DNA of 64,000 nucleotides from Candidatus Aenigmatarchaeota archaeon (GTDB taxonomy: Archaea; Aenigmatarchaeota; Aenigmatarchaeia; QMZP01; QMZT01). The translations under genes were made by a program, and so were the position numbers. Where the stretch lies: the NCBI GenBank assembly GCA_963726265.1, contig CAVSBQ010000002.1, forward strand, positions 192,001 through 256,000, given 5' to 3'. Shown piece after piece: positions 62,839 through 64,000 of this stretch (positions within the stretch are counted from its first letter, which is position 1; the number at the start of each line of letters is the position of its first letter). Under the pieces are notes generated by a model. It was not told the DNA's origin. It saw only the letters and a list, made by a program, of their open reading frames with translations, and did not search any database.

Positions 62839-63672
62839 TCAGGCCCCGATTATAGTTAGGAAAGAAAGTATAAAAAACAGGAAAACGAACTCGCCGTCGA
62901 CGACCAGGCCGTAAAAGAAGCCGTCCTTTTTTTCCCCTGCGCTGCGGGTGTAGAAATATATGTAAGCGAGGAATGGGACAAGGACCAGCGCACCCACGGG
63001 CAGGACCCTGAGGAAAACCGAGGAGACAAGGACGACTAAAGCGAGCGCGTTCGCGGCATGGCATACGGTCCTGGTCTTTTCTATGCCCAGCCTTATGGGT
63101 ATGGTCCGTATCTTCGCGTTCGAGTCGCCTATCACGTCCTTGACGTCGAATATGACCGTGTTGACAAAGAACGCGATGGCGAAGAACGCCGCCAGCAGGA
63201 AGAATCCCGGGCCGAAAAGATTGTTGTAAAATCCCACTAGCAGCGGCGTCAGGCCCCACGAAAGGCCCACCAGCGCGTTCTTGAAAAAGAAAAGCCTCTT
63301 CAGCCTTTTTATCGAGTAAAGCGAAGCTATGGCGCCCGGCAGCGCGGCGACTAGCAGGACGTGCCATCCCCTCATGGAGGCGAGGTAAAGCGCTCCCAGA
63401 TACATGGCCGAACTGATGACCATGAGATAGAAGCCGTGCTCGCTTATGAACCTCCTCCTCTCGGGCACGTTTATGATGTCCTCCTTGTCGTCCGTGTGCC
63501 TGTTGAGGTTGTAGATGAACATGCCGCCAGCGAAGGGGATGAAAAGCAGCGCGGGCTCGAAGGGCAGCTGCATGACGAAAAGCGTGAGCCATGCCACCAC
63601 CGAGGCCCCGAAGGAAAGGTAAATGTTGCTGTGGACGAGAAAGCGCAGGCTTTTCCTTGCGAGCCTTATCAT
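62839..63672 (-). CDS. UbiA family prenyltransferase
   Basis: YNLNRHTDDKEDIINVPER, FDVKDVIGD...IRTIP..LG. Confidence 0.88.
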   Translation of the reverse strand: MIRLARKSLRFLVHSNIYLSFGASVVAWLTLFVMQLPFEPALLFIPFAGGMFIYNLNRHTDDKEDIINVPERRRFISEHGFYLMVISSAMYLGALYLASMRGWHVLLVAALPGAIASLYSIKRLKRLFFFKNALVGLSWGLTPLLVGFYNNLFGPGFFLLAAFFAIAFFVNTVIFDVKDVIGDSNAKIRTIPIRLGIEKTRTVCHAANALALVVLVSSVFLRVLPVGALVLVPFLAYIYFYTRSAGEKKDGFFYGLVVDGEFVFLFFILSFLTIIGA

Positions 63673-63752
63673 AATTAATAAATTTGAGCCCGCCCTCTTA
63701 AATATCACGGTTTTGGCTGCGGCTTTGGCTGCAGAAAGTTTTATTGCTTTTA

Positions 63753-64000
63753 TCACGCGGGTCTTCGCGTCCCGATTTTGGAAGCTGGAGTGGCTTTCCT
63801 GGAGCGCCTGATGACCTTCCTGGTCTCAGGCTTCGTTGCCGCCTTTGTTTCCGCTCTTTTTTCAACTAGAGCTGCAGGCTTCACCTCTATGTACTGGAAG
63901 TTGGTGGGCGGCGTGGCGGCTGCGGGCTTCACCTCAGCTTTAACCTGCCCTTTAATTTCCTGTTTTGCCGCAGGCTTCACTTCTTGTTTCAGTTCCGCCT
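63753..64000 (-). CDS. Low-complexity C-terminal fragment with VKPAA repeats (gene starts outside the window)
   Basis: Three VKPAA units; Lys/Ala/Glu-rich. Confidence 0.5.
   Translation of the reverse strand, partial: AELKQEVKPAAKQEIKGQVKAEVKPAAATPPTNFQYIEVKPAALVEKRAETKAATKPETRKVIRRSRKATPASKIGTRRPA

Overview
Archaeal chromosomal window, most likely DPANN (inferred from MCM, L14e/L34e, Hjc, Trm5/Taw1, an ARMAN-type three-unit tRNA splicing endonuclease and TATA-box promoters). The backbone is GC-rich housekeeping DNA with two tRNAs: Val-TAC, and Thr-TGT with a 77-nt BHB intron. Four regions stand out. (1) A compact diversity-generating retroelement at 16.6-18.7 kb (target gene with VR, TR, RT) with no avd gene, where the TR sits inside a nested set of long-range helices, next to an MNT-HEPN toxin-antitoxin pair. 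(2) An AT-rich island at 34.2-38.9 kb (NDK/kinase fusion, Gfo/Idh/MocA oxidoreductase, DegT aminotransferase, Nudix, a truncated dTMP-kinase-like remnant, HD hydrolase) whose gene set matches the chemistry of 3'-amino-3'-deoxynucleotide synthesis, a candidate antiviral or antimicrobial nucleotide-analogue system. (3) A bacterial-style nrdR-nrdJ-cobO-dcd cluster with tandem NrdR boxes. (4) Two paralogous membrane-anchored wHTH regulators, each beside the same TGAAACYRGTTTCA palindrome. More than ten conserved genes carry single-base frameshifts, which look like long-read indel errors rather than true pseudogenes. All family assignments come from motif recognition by eye; no database searches were run.
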